From the NCBI GenBank assembly GCA_007136095.1, contig SLHP01000006.1:8701-72700 (forward strand): 64,000 bases of DNA, given 5' to 3'. The stretch is from Nitriliruptoraceae bacterium. Its GTDB lineage: Bacteria > Actinomycetota > Nitriliruptoria > Nitriliruptorales > Nitriliruptoraceae. Of this stretch, positions 8,590-17,004 are shown in pieces. How positions within the stretch are numbered: the first letter of the stretch is position 1; each line of letters starts with the position of its first letter. Both the position numbers and the translations under genes were made by a program. The notes beneath the pieces are model-generated. The model made no database searches, was not told the DNA's origin, and saw only the letters and a list, made by a program, of their open reading frames with translations.

Positions 8590-10068
8590 TCAGCCGTCCC
8601 GCGGGTCGAGCCAGCGCAGCAGGGTGCGTACCCCGACCCCGGTGCCGTGGCACGGCAGGTGGTAGCGGGCCGTGTCCTGCCAGAACGGGCCGGCGATATC
8701 CAGGTGCGCCCACGGCAGGCCGTCGATGAACTCGCGGAGGAACAACCCGCCCATCGTGGCCCCGGCCTCGTCGCCCCGGCCGAGGTTCTCGATGTCCGCG
8801 ACATCGGAGTCGAGGTTCTCGCGGAGGTCGTCCCACAGCGGCAGATGCCACATGGGTTCCCCGGCGCTGTGGGACGCGGCCAGCAGTTGGCGCAGCAGGT
8901 CGTCGTCGTTGGAGAAGATGGCGGTCGCACGCTTGCCGATCGCACGTGGCGCAGCGCCGGTGAGCGTGGCGATGTCCACGATCGCGTCGGGCGCCTCCTC
9001 AGCGGCCAGGGCCAGGCCGTCGGCCAGCACGAGGCGTCCCTCGGCGTCGGTGTTCATCACCTCGACCGTGGTGCCGCCCCGCACGGTGATCACGTCGGAG
9101 GGCCGCTGCGCGTCGGCGCCCGGCATGTTCTCGGCCAGACACACCTCGCCGTGCACCTCCACGGGGATCTGCAGTTCGGCCAGTGCCGTGAACAGGGCGA
9201 TGACCACCGCCGCGCCACCCATGTCGCCCTTCATCTCGTTCATGGCCGACGACGGCCGCTTCAGCGAGATCCCGCCGGTATCGAACGTGATGCCCTTGCC
9301 GACGATCGAGACGCGTGCCACGGGGTCCGGCGGACGGTAGAGCAGCCGCAGCAGCCGTGGTGGCCGCGCGGAGCCACATGCGACCGCGAGGAGCCCGCCG
9401 CACCCTTCCTCCGCGAGCCGGTCCTCATCCCAGACGTCGACCTCGATGTCGTCGGGCAACAGCTCGCGTGCCGTGGCCACGACCTCGACGGGTCCGAGCA
9501 GGTTCGGGGGCGTGGAGACGAGGTCGGCCGCAACCGTCTGCGCGCGGGCGTGGATGCGGGCACGTGCCAACTGTTCCCTGGCTCCCGCGACCGCGGCCGA
9601 CGGGACCACGAAGGTGATGTCGGTGAGGCGGATGGGTCGGGGGTCCGTCCGGTGGGCGTCGTAGCGGTAGGCACCGAGCAGGGCGCCCTCGGCGGCAGCC
9701 CGCAGCGCCTCACCCGACGGGTTGGTCTGTGCCAGGGTCGTGGCGATGGTCCTGGCGTCGGTGGCCACCGCCCGGATCGCACTCCCCATGGCCCGACGGA
9801 GCTGTTCGTCGGAGAGCGTGTCCAGCCGCCCCAGGCCGACCAGCGTGACGCGGCCCCATGGCTGGCCGGGTGCCGCGAGGTGCAGCAGTTCACCGACCTT
9901 GCCCCGGAACGAGGTGTCACGGGGCACATCGCTCAGGCCGACCGCACGGAGGGCCGTCTCGGTGCCGGGTCCCTCGATCGCGCCCCGGAACACCGGCACG
10001 AGCAACGCGTCGACGTCCAGTTCGCTGAGTGCATCAGTCGTGACGTGCAGGCTCGGGAGGTTGGCCAC
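8590..10068 (-). CDS. pepA: Leucyl aminopeptidase (M17 family)
   Basis: M17 catalytic-domain motifs are present: VGKGITFDTGGISLK, NTDAEGRL, DIATLTGA. The start is assigned to the GTG (VANLPSLHV); the 981-aa ORF upstream of it reads like non-coding high-GC read-through. Confidence 0.85.
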   Translation of the reverse strand: MANLPSLHVTTDALSELDVDALLVPVFRGAIEGPGTETALRAVGLSDVPRDTSFRGKVGELLHLAAPGQPWGRVTLVGLGRLDTLSDEQLRRAMGSAIRAVATDARTIATTLAQTNPSGEALRAAAEGALLGAYRYDAHRTDPRPIRLTDITFVVPSAAVAGAREQLARARIHARAQTVAADLVSTPPNLLGPVEVVATARELLPDDIEVDVWDEDRLAEEGCGGLLAVACGSARPPRLLRLLYRPPDPVARVSIVGKGITFDTGGISLKRPSSAMNEMKGDMGGAAVVIALFTALAELQIPVEVHGEVCLAENMPGADAQRPSDVITVRGGTTVEVMNTDAEGRLVLADGLALAAEEAPDAIVDIATLTGAAPRAIGKRATAIFSNDDDLLRQLLAASHSAGEPMWHLPLWDDLRENLDSDVADIENLGRGDEAGATMGGLFLREFIDGLPWAHLDIAGPFWQDTARYHLPCHGTGVGVRTLLRWLDPRDG

Positions 10069-10209
10069 CGTGTCTCCGGACCGTCGGGTGTCATGTGCGA
10101 TGAGCCTAACCGTGCCCGGCGGGTCGGCCACGTCGGCACGCTCGGTAGCTATCCTGAGGCCAGCGGCCCTGGATGCACCGTCGAACGGGGCGCTCTCGTT
10201 CGTCGTCCG

Positions 10210-11379
10210 ATGTCCACGCTGAAGGCCGTGATCATGACCGATGACGCACAGACGCCCGCCATCCGCCTGCGGGGGGTCTCGAAACGCTTCCCGGGGGCGA
10301 AGGAGGACGCGGTCGCGGCGATGGACCTCGATGTCGATCGTGGCGCGATCGTCGCCCTGATCGGGCCATCGGGGTGCGGCAAGACCACCACGCTGCGCAT
10401 GATCAACCGGCTGATCGAACCCTCGGCCGGGACGATCGAGATCGAGGGTCGCGACGTCACCAACCAGCCGGCGATGCAGTTGCGCCGGGGGATCGGCTAC
10501 GTGATCCAGCAGGTCGGGTTGTTCCCGCACCGGACCATCGCCGCGAACATCGCGACGGTGCCGCGCACGCTCGGCTGGGAGAAGGCCCGGATCGACGACC
10601 GTGTGCGTCAACTCGCCGAGGTCGTGGGGATCGATACCGCGATGCTGTCGCGCTACCCGGACGAGCTGTCCGGTGGGCAGCAGCAGCGAGTCGGGGTCGC
10701 CCGCGCCCTGGCCGCAGACCCGCCGGTCCTGCTGATGGACGAGCCGTTCGGCGCGGTGGACCCGATCGTGCGTGGTCGACTCCAGGAGGAACTGCTCGAT
10801 CTGCAGCGCGAGGTCCGCAAGACCATCGTGCTGGTGACCCACGACCTGGACGAAGCGGTCAAGGTCGCCGATCGGATCGCCCTGTTGAACGTCGGCGGCG
10901 TCGTCGAGCAGTACGCGAGTCCCGATGAGCTGCTGCGGGCGCCGGCCAACGGCTTCGTCGAGGAGTTCGTCGGCGAGGATCGCAGTATGCGACGTCTCGC
11001 GCTGGCGACCGTCGGTGATCTTCCGTTCGAACCGGGCCCGGTGATCGAGGTCGCGGCAGATCCGGCGGCGGGTCTCGCGGTGATCGACGAGCATCGGACC
11101 GACTGGCTCGGGCTCGTCGATGACGAGGTCTTCCTCGGGTGGGTGCCGCGTGATCAGGTCGCCGGCGGGGGAGCCCTCGCGGACGCGCAGCGCTACCTGC
11201 CGGCGGCGCAGGTCGCACCGTCGAGCACCCTGCGGTCCGCCCTGGAGGTCATCATGACCTCGCGAACGTCGGTTGCGGTGATCAACGACGATGGCCGGTT
11301 CCGCGGGACCGTCACGCTCGAACGCATCCGCGGGGGCCTCGCGGGAGACCTCGATGGCCCAGCCGAGCGCGCCGCGTGA
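10210..11379 (+). CDS. Osmoprotectant (glycine betaine/choline-type) ABC transporter ATP-binding protein with C-terminal CBS pair
   Basis: Walker A GPSGCGKTT, signature LSGGQQQRV, Walker B LLMDEPFGAVD and an OpuCA/ProV-like CBS tail. The start ATG MSTLKAV was chosen inside a longer 910-aa ORF. Confidence 0.85.
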   Translation: MSTLKAVIMTDDAQTPAIRLRGVSKRFPGAKEDAVAAMDLDVDRGAIVALIGPSGCGKTTTLRMINRLIEPSAGTIEIEGRDVTNQPAMQLRRGIGYVIQQVGLFPHRTIAANIATVPRTLGWEKARIDDRVRQLAEVVGIDTAMLSRYPDELSGGQQQRVGVARALAADPPVLLMDEPFGAVDPIVRGRLQEELLDLQREVRKTIVLVTHDLDEAVKVADRIALLNVGGVVEQYASPDELLRAPANGFVEEFVGEDRSMRRLALATVGDLPFEPGPVIEVAADPAAGLAVIDEHRTDWLGLVDDEVFLGWVPRDQVAGGGALADAQRYLPAAQVAPSSTLRSALEVIMTSRTSVAVINDDGRFRGTVTLERIRGGLAGDLDGPAERAA

Positions 11380-12050
11380 TCCTGCTGGCCAGCCGCAACC
11401 CCATCCTGCGCTGGAGCTGGATCCCCGAACAGTGGGACAGCCGCATCCAGCCGGCCCTGCTCGAACACATCCAACTGACGCTGTTGGCGGTCGGGATCGG
11501 GTTCCTGCTGTCCGCCGTGCTCGCGACGGTCGCACTGCGCTACCGCTGGACGGTCGGGCCGATCACCCTGTTCGCCGCGTTCCTCTACACCATCCCGAGC
11601 GTCGCGTTCTTCGGGGTCCTGCGGACGACCGCGCTCGGCCTGTCGATCTTCACCGTGCTGATCCCGCTCACCGGCTTCACGATCCTGATCCTGGTCACCA
11701 ACATCCTCGACGGTTTCCGGTCGGTCCCTGCGCCGGTGCGTGAAGCCGCGGACGCCATGGGGCTCAGCCCGGCGCGACGGGTGCTGACCGTCGAGGTCCC
11801 CGTGGCGATCCCCTACATGATCAACGGTCTGCGGATCGCCACGGTGACCACGGTGGGCCTGGTGACGGTCGCCGCGATCGTCGGCCAGGGTGGGTTGGGT
11901 GCGCTGATCCTGGATGGCCTGCGTCGCACCTTCTGGACCCCGCTGACGATCGGATCGGTCCTGGCCATCGTCCTCGCGCTCACGTTCGACCTGTTGTTCG
12001 TCCTGCTCCGCAACTGGTTGACCCCGTGGTCCCGGGCGCAGCGCTCATGA
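11376..12050 (+). CDS. ABC transporter permease (OpuCB/BPD_transp_1 type)
   Basis: Multi-TM protein with an EAA-like loop (REAADAMGLSPARRVLTVEVP). The GTG start overlaps the upstream stop as GTGA. Confidence 0.85.
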   Translation: MILLASRNPILRWSWIPEQWDSRIQPALLEHIQLTLLAVGIGFLLSAVLATVALRYRWTVGPITLFAAFLYTIPSVAFFGVLRTTALGLSIFTVLIPLTGFTILILVTNILDGFRSVPAPVREAADAMGLSPARRVLTVEVPVAIPYMINGLRIATVTTVGLVTVAAIVGQGGLGALILDGLRRTFWTPLTIGSVLAIVLALTFDLLFVLLRNWLTPWSRAQRS

Positions 12051-12865
12051 CGGCGATCCTGGCCCAGCGTGCGGTCCCGCGCGACACCACCCTGTGGGAG
12101 TGGTTCTCCGATCCAATGACCTGGGGTGGTTCGGACGGCATCCTTGCGAACCTCGGCGACACGGTCCTGCTGTGTGCCGCCGTGACGCTGTTCGCGATCC
12201 TGGTGGCGGTCCCGCCGGCGGCCTTCCTCGCACACAAGGGCTGGGGAGAGGTCACCTCGGCCTGGGTGGTCAACATCGGCCGGGCACTGCCGACGTTCGC
12301 GGTCGCGGCGTTCCTGGTCCCGGTCTCGCTGCGGGCCGGCTACGGCGCGGAGCCGTGGCCGATCTTCATCGCGCTCGTGCTGCTGACCATCCCGCCGATG
12401 TACCTGAGTACCTACGTGGCGATCAGCCAGGTCGATAAGGCGGCGGTCAACGCGGCGCGCGCCATGGGTTTCAGCGAGCGTGCGGTGTTGACCACCGTGG
12501 AACTGCCGCTGGCCAGCACGGTCATCTTCACCGGCCTGCGGGTGGCGGCGGTCCAGGTCGTGGCGACCGAACCGATCCGCGCGTTCCTCGGCGGAGACGG
12601 TCTCGGACGCTACGTGCGGGATGGCATCGGACAGAACAACGCTACCCTCACCATCGGTGGAACCATCCTGATCGCAGCCCTCGCGGGGACCACCGGCCTC
12701 GCTTTCAGTGCCATCGAACGGCTCGTCAAGCCCTACGGGGTTCGCCGGCTGCGTTCCGACCGATCGCCCCGAACCGGAGACACAGATGAGCAAGTTGGAC
12801 CCCTGGAAGACGGCGAGCCTGCTGGCAGCGATGCTGCTGGTGTTGGCGGCTTGCGGCAACGGTGA
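12047..12865 (+). CDS. ABC transporter permease (second subunit)
   Basis: Multi-TM protein with an EAA-like loop (NAARAMGFSERAVLTTVELP). It has an ATGA overlap with the preceding permease. Its 3' end overlaps the next gene by 80 nt. Confidence 0.8.
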   Translation: MTAILAQRAVPRDTTLWEWFSDPMTWGGSDGILANLGDTVLLCAAVTLFAILVAVPPAAFLAHKGWGEVTSAWVVNIGRALPTFAVAAFLVPVSLRAGYGAEPWPIFIALVLLTIPPMYLSTYVAISQVDKAAVNAARAMGFSERAVLTTVELPLASTVIFTGLRVAAVQVVATEPIRAFLGGDGLGRYVRDGIGQNNATLTIGGTILIAALAGTTGLAFSAIERLVKPYGVRRLRSDRSPRTGDTDEQVGPLEDGEPAGSDAAGVGGLRQR

Positions 12866-13778
12866 CGACGTCGATGAGGTCGACGACGTTCCCGACGAGA
12901 CCGAAGAGACCGACGAACCCGTCGAGGAGGAGCCGGACGAGGCCCCCGACGACGACGCCGATGATGCCGCGGCCCCTGATGGCCCGACCATCACCCTGCG
13001 GGGCCAGGACTTCTCCGAGGCCATCACCCTTGCCGAGGTCTACGGCCAGTACCTCCAGGGACTCGGCTACGACGTCGACATCATGACCCCAGCCGGGTTC
13101 CGGGTCGAAGCGATCCAGGACCTCGAAGCCGGCACGCTGAACATGATCGTGGACTACATCGGTGGCTCGCAGGCGGAGCTCGCCCCGGACGCCGAGCCCT
13201 CGGGTGACCCCGACGAGGTGATGGAGATCATCACCGAGGCCTACGCCGACATGGGCGCGACCCCCCTCGACTACACGCCAGCCATCGACGGTGACGCGTT
13301 CGTGGTCCGCGGTGACCTGGAGGCCGAGACGATCTCCGACGTGGCCGACATGGACCTGGTGCTCGGCGCGTCGGCGCAGTGCTTCGAACGACCGCAGTGC
13401 TTCATCGGCTTCGAGGACGTCTACGGCATCGAGTTCGCCGACACCCAGACCATCGAGTTCGGCCCGATCCTCGGCGAGTCGCTGGACGCCGGCGAGGTCG
13501 ACGCGGTCGTGTGGAACGACACCGCACCGCAGATCGAGGAGTTCGGGTTCAAGGTCCTCGAGGACGACCTGGGCCTGTTCCCGGCGCAGAACATCGCGCC
13601 GATCCTCGACGACTCGCTGATCGACGCCTACGGCCAGGACCTGGTCGACGCGATCAACGAACTCAGCGCGATGATCACGACCGACGATCTGCTCGCCTGG
13701 AACTTCGAGACCGACATCGAGTTCCGCGAGTCCGATGACGTGGCCACCGAGTGGCTCGAGGCCAACGGCCTACTGTAG
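12786..13778 (+). CDS. Glycine betaine-type ABC transporter substrate-binding lipoprotein
   Basis: Signal peptide with lipobox LAAC, a long acidic linker, then an OpuAC-like fold (ITLRGQDFSEAITLAEVYGQYL...). GGAGA lies upstream of the ATG. Confidence 0.8.
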   Translation: MSKLDPWKTASLLAAMLLVLAACGNGDDVDEVDDVPDETEETDEPVEEEPDEAPDDDADDAAAPDGPTITLRGQDFSEAITLAEVYGQYLQGLGYDVDIMTPAGFRVEAIQDLEAGTLNMIVDYIGGSQAELAPDAEPSGDPDEVMEIITEAYADMGATPLDYTPAIDGDAFVVRGDLEAETISDVADMDLVLGASAQCFERPQCFIGFEDVYGIEFADTQTIEFGPILGESLDAGEVDAVVWNDTAPQIEEFGFKVLEDDLGLFPAQNIAPILDDSLIDAYGQDLVDAINELSAMITTDDLLAWNFETDIEFRESDDVATEWLEANGLL

Positions 13779-13798
13779 ATCGGTCCCACGCGATCGAC

Positions 13799-13834
13799 GA
13801 TGGTGCCCCGGGTCACGACGAACGGGGCACCATC
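13799..13834 (+). terminator. Hairpin terminator candidate after the opu operon (12-bp perfect stem, 12-nt loop)
   Basis: GATGGTGCCCCG ggtcacgacgaa CGGGGCACCATC starts 21 nt after the stop at 13778. Confidence 0.5.
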
Positions 13835-13897
13835 GCTGTTCCGAGCCGCGTTCCCACGCGCGGTGGCAGCTTCCCCAACAGCATCGAGGTAGTCCGG

Positions 13898-14461
13898 GTG
13901 GATGACATCTTCGGCAACCTGCACGCGGGTGCGAACGGACAGGGCGGCGCGCCGCGACCAGACCTCGATGCGCTGGAAGCTGCGTTGGAGGGGGCGGCGC
14001 TCTGGGGCATGGAGCTCGACCCACGGTTCCGCGTGCTGGCGGTGACCCTCGAACCGACGCCGGAACGTGCAGCCACCTTGGTACGTACGGATGACCGGCG
14101 GATCCAGCTGCTCTGCTTCCCGGTGTCGACGATCATCGGATCCCTGCGGCGCGATGGTCCGGATGGCCGGGAACTCCTGGCGTTCTCCGAGGAACAGCTC
14201 GTGGATGTCGCGACCACGTTCGGGGGCGCGCCGGTCGACGCACCGCTGTTCGGACGTCCGGAGCCACGTCCGGGGGCGTGGGGACCGCAGTTCAGCCTGC
14301 AGGGCCGGTCGAGCGCTCCCGATGGCACCAGGCAGACGATCACGGTGTCGGTGGAGGAGGGGGAGCTGTCGTTGGACCTGTTCGCGCGGTTCGACGACCT
14401 GGAGGTCAAGGGGCCTGACGGCGACGATCTGCCCTGGCCCACGACCGCCCCGCACCACTGA
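13898..14461 (+). CDS. Hypothetical protein (no recognised domain)
   Basis: Protein-like composition in this frame. The GTG start follows GAGG and lies downstream of the terminator hairpin. The competing antisense ORF 13628..14776 is Arg/Gly-rich junk. Confidence 0.5.
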   Translation: MDDIFGNLHAGANGQGGAPRPDLDALEAALEGAALWGMELDPRFRVLAVTLEPTPERAATLVRTDDRRIQLLCFPVSTIIGSLRRDGPDGRELLAFSEEQLVDVATTFGGAPVDAPLFGRPEPRPGAWGPQFSLQGRSSAPDGTRQTITVSVEEGELSLDLFARFDDLEVKGPDGDDLPWPTTAPHH

Positions 14462-14658
14462 GGAGCCGCCCGTCCTGGTCGCCTGACCGTCGCCTGCCCC
14501 TCGCCGGCCGTGACACGGTGGGGTGGTGCAGTACCATGTGCACATCAACTCCGACCCCTGACCAGGTTGCTTGGCAGCCGTCAGCGAGGCCTTCGACCCA
14601 CCAGCCAACCGATCGCGTGTCATCTCGATGACCGGCCATCGGAGGCTGCTGGTCGCAC

Positions 14659-15138
14659 GTGCACCGCGCCACCGACCCAAGGAACCCCGTGACGCCGAAC
14701 GAACTCCTCCTCGCCACCGCGGACGGCGACCACGCCGCGTTCCTCGAACTCTGCGACCGGATGGACTTCTCGGCACGGCTCATCATCAAGGGCCACGTGC
14801 AGGAGCCATACCAGGTCGACACCGTGATCCAGTCGGTCCAGGCTGAGGCCTGGCAGACCGCCGGGTCGTTCGACCCTGCCGAGACGACCGCGAACCAGTG
14901 GATGCTGTCGCTCGCACGCCGGCACGCGTCCGCGCGGGCCCGACGGTTGCGTCGACTGCCCGCCGACCGGGTCGTCCGTTCGCTGCGCACCACGGGTCCG
15001 GAGCCGGGTGCTCGCCCTGTCTCCGACAGCCTGCCGGATCCCGCCATCGTGGATGAGTTGCCGGGGGATGGCGGACGGGAGCCGGTCGCCCGCCAGCTGC
15101 GGCGCCTGCGGGCCTCGGTGGCGAAACTGGTCGCCTAG
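14659..15138 (+). CDS. ECF sigma-factor-like protein; region 2 recognisable, region 4 degenerate
   Basis: LLLATADGDHAAFLELCDRM...ARLIIKGHVQEPYQVDTVIQSVQAEAWQTAGSFDP....QWMLSLARRHA resembles sigma-70 region 2. LRRLPADRVV resembles the start of region 4, but I see no clear HTH after it. Confidence 0.5.
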   Translation: MHRATDPRNPVTPNELLLATADGDHAAFLELCDRMDFSARLIIKGHVQEPYQVDTVIQSVQAEAWQTAGSFDPAETTANQWMLSLARRHASARARRLRRLPADRVVRSLRTTGPEPGARPVSDSLPDPAIVDELPGDGGREPVARQLRRLRASVAKLVA

Positions 15139-15159
15139 GAACGGTCGGGGGACGCATCC

Positions 15160-15660
15160 ATGGACCGAGGCGTGTGGCGCATCCGTCTTCGCCCCGGCCC
15201 GCTCGTCGTTGCCTTCGTGCTTCCCGCTGTCGTTCTGTTCGGAATCGGCATCGTCAGCCTCGCCGGGCTCCTGAAAGACCCGGACATCGTGGGTGGACGC
15301 CGTTCGCTTGCCCTCGCCGGTCTGACCCTGGCCACGCTGGGTGTCCCGATCTGGTTGGTCACGATGCACGTCTCGGTCACGATCAGCCAGCGGCATCTGC
15401 GGGCCCGGCTGTGGCCGTTGTTCCGCACGAGCATCCCGCTGCCGTCCATCACGTCGGTCAGCAGGGTTGCGGTCGAGCCCCTCGGCTCCTACGGCGGTGT
15501 AGGTGTGAAGGGCTCGCGCCGTGACCGTCTGCTCGGCTTCGTCGGGCAGGAAGGGGCTGAGATCCGGTACGTGACCGACTCTGGGGACGAGCGACGTCTG
15601 ACCCTGCTCACGCCACGCGCCGCTGAACTGGTCGAAGCTCTCCACCAACACGTCATATAA
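15160..15660 (+). CDS. Membrane protein with two TM helices and a bacterial PH-like C-terminal domain (tentative)
   Basis: Two hydrophobic helices (LVVAFVLPAVVLFGIGIVSLAGL; LALAGLTLATLGVPIWLV) precede a soluble beta-rich tail. It starts 22 nt after the sigma-like gene. Confidence 0.5.
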   Translation: MDRGVWRIRLRPGPLVVAFVLPAVVLFGIGIVSLAGLLKDPDIVGGRRSLALAGLTLATLGVPIWLVTMHVSVTISQRHLRARLWPLFRTSIPLPSITSVSRVAVEPLGSYGGVGVKGSRRDRLLGFVGQEGAEIRYVTDSGDERRLTLLTPRAAELVEALHQHVI

Positions 15661-15719
15661 CGAGCCACGGTCCAGGAGGTACCTTGCGCTGACTCGGCAG
15701 CGAAGGCAGGGGGAGCACC

Positions 15720-16133
15720 GTGGCAACCAAGCGTTCACGGACGGGCGCGAGCACGGCATCAGCGCGCAAGCACGTCGGGCTGACGGTGCCGCGGCCGGTC
15801 AAGCTCGGCATCCTCGCCGGAGCGGACGCGCTGGACTGGTCCGCGGGGGACTGGGTCCTGGCGGCGGCTGCGGAACACGGCGCGCGGTTGCGGGACGCGC
15901 TCGGGCAGGTCGACGTGCGGAAACGTCCCAGGATCGAGGATGCGGCGTTCACGGCGCTGTACCTGACGCCTGACGAGCGTGACGAACTCGATGAGACGGC
16001 GGTCGGCTGCGGGTTGAACCGATCGGCCTTCGTCACCGCGGTCGCACGGCTCGCGCTCGGCGATGACCTCGAGGAGGTCGTCGCACCACTGAAGGCCGCG
16101 ACATCGGGATCATCTGACGCCGCCAGCGGCTGA
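15720..16133 (+). CDS. Hypothetical protein with a ribbon-helix-helix/MobC-like C-terminal segment (tentative)
   Basis: LTPDERDELDETAVGCGLNRSAFVTAVARLAL resembles RHH or relaxosome-accessory proteins. The N-terminus is basic. The start is GTG. Confidence 0.4.
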   Translation: MATKRSRTGASTASARKHVGLTVPRPVKLGILAGADALDWSAGDWVLAAAAEHGARLRDALGQVDVRKRPRIEDAAFTALYLTPDERDELDETAVGCGLNRSAFVTAVARLALGDDLEEVVAPLKAATSGSSDAASG

Positions 16134-16377
16134 TCCCGACGAAGACCTATCGAGCGGAGGTCCCACGCTCGGCGGCATCGAGCGGCTGAGCACGTGGAGC
16201 GGGGAGAGGGCTTCGCGACGTCAGGAGTCGGACGTTCCGGCGTTAGTTTACGTAATGTTTCTTATGGGGGATCCAGATGCGTCCGGGGCAGAGGCGCACT
16301 ATCCGTACATCACTAGTTCTACTTCAGGTTGAGGTTCCGTGGCGGCGGTGACGGGCGCGCCGGCGTCATCTGGCATG

Positions 16378-16680
16378 TCAGGCGTCCGGTGTCGGTCCGG
16401 CCAGAGCGGCGTTGCCGCTTCGGGCGTCCTGGATGGTGCGGATCTCGACCAGCTGCCGGTCAGGGTCGTGGACGTAGACGAACAGCATCCACCGCCACGG
16501 GCCGATCAGGTAGCGGTATCCGGTCCATCGGCCGGTCAGGGGCGGCCCGAGGTCTGGGAAGCTCTCAAGCACCGTGAGCGCGTCACGGACCCGGGTGCGG
16601 GTGTCGGGCGGCAGCGAATGGGTGACGATCAGCGCGTCGAGGTTGGCGACTGCGACGGGCGCCAGTTCGACGCGGGTCAC
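16378..16680 (-). CDS. Type II toxin, ParE/RelE superfamily
   Basis: 100 aa with the ParE-like pattern (A..DL..I.......P...R.........L..FP..G......W.GYRYL..G.....VY.......V.I..I). Its start overlaps the antitoxin stop by 4 nt (GTGA). Confidence 0.75.
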   Translation of the reverse strand: MTRVELAPVAVANLDALIVTHSLPPDTRTRVRDALTVLESFPDLGPPLTGRWTGYRYLIGPWRWMLFVYVHDPDRQLVEIRTIQDARSGNAALAGPTPDA

Positions 16681-16928
16681 AGCCTCGCGAGCGGGATGCC
16701 TTCACCCCGGGCGATCTGTTGGCCGCCAAGCCGGGCCTGCTCGAACGCGCCGTCGATGCTGTCGAGCAGGGCGGTGATGTTGGTCGGGTCCGGGTCGGCG
16801 TCGTCGAGGGCGCTGGCGAGCAGCGAGCGGGCCAGGGTGCCTTCGTTGACATGGACCCTGGCAGCGAGCCGCGTCAACTTGGCGGCGTGCTCGGCGTCGA
16901 GGCTGATGTTGATGCGTTGGGTTCCCAT
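16677..16928 (-). CDS. Ribbon-helix-helix (CopG-type) antitoxin
   Basis: The N-terminal beta-strand and helices (RINISLDAEHAAKLTRLAARVHVNEGTLARSLLASAL) are typical RHH. It lies immediately upstream of the toxin and overlaps it. Confidence 0.75.
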   Translation of the reverse strand: MGTQRINISLDAEHAAKLTRLAARVHVNEGTLARSLLASALDDADPDPTNITALLDSIDGAFEQARLGGQQIARGEGIPLARL

Positions 16929-16934
16929 GGCCCG

Positions 16935-16963
16935 AGCCTACACACGCCGACACGGCCTGTCAC
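16935..16963 (-). promoter_or_regulatory. Candidate promoter giving a leaderless antitoxin-toxin mRNA
   Basis: On the minus strand: GTGACA (16963-16958), 17 nt, TAGGCT (16940-16935), then 6 nt to the ATG at 16928. There is no room for a Shine-Dalgarno sequence. Confidence 0.4.
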
Positions 16964-17004
16964 GCATCGCCGCGCGGCCTAGCCGTCCTGGTCGGGCTCG
17001 CCGA

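Noticed and set aside
8647-10209. Very long alternate-frame or antisense ORFs. Examples are the 5' part of 8647..11379(+), and 3388..4947(-), 5481..7130(-), 13628..14776(-), 14620..15759(-), 34175..36292(-), 49410..51467(+) and 59548..62412(+).
   Set aside because: Their translations are Arg/Gly/Pro/Ala-rich with no motifs, and they lie opposite or out of frame to genes with clear family signatures. Stop-poor off-frames are expected at about 70% GC.
16255-16332. 25-aa ORF (MFLMGDPDASGAEAHYPYITSSTSG) inside the low-GC patch.
   Set aside because: It has no Shine-Dalgarno sequence and no codon bias, and it lies between two convergent stops. It is most likely fortuitous.
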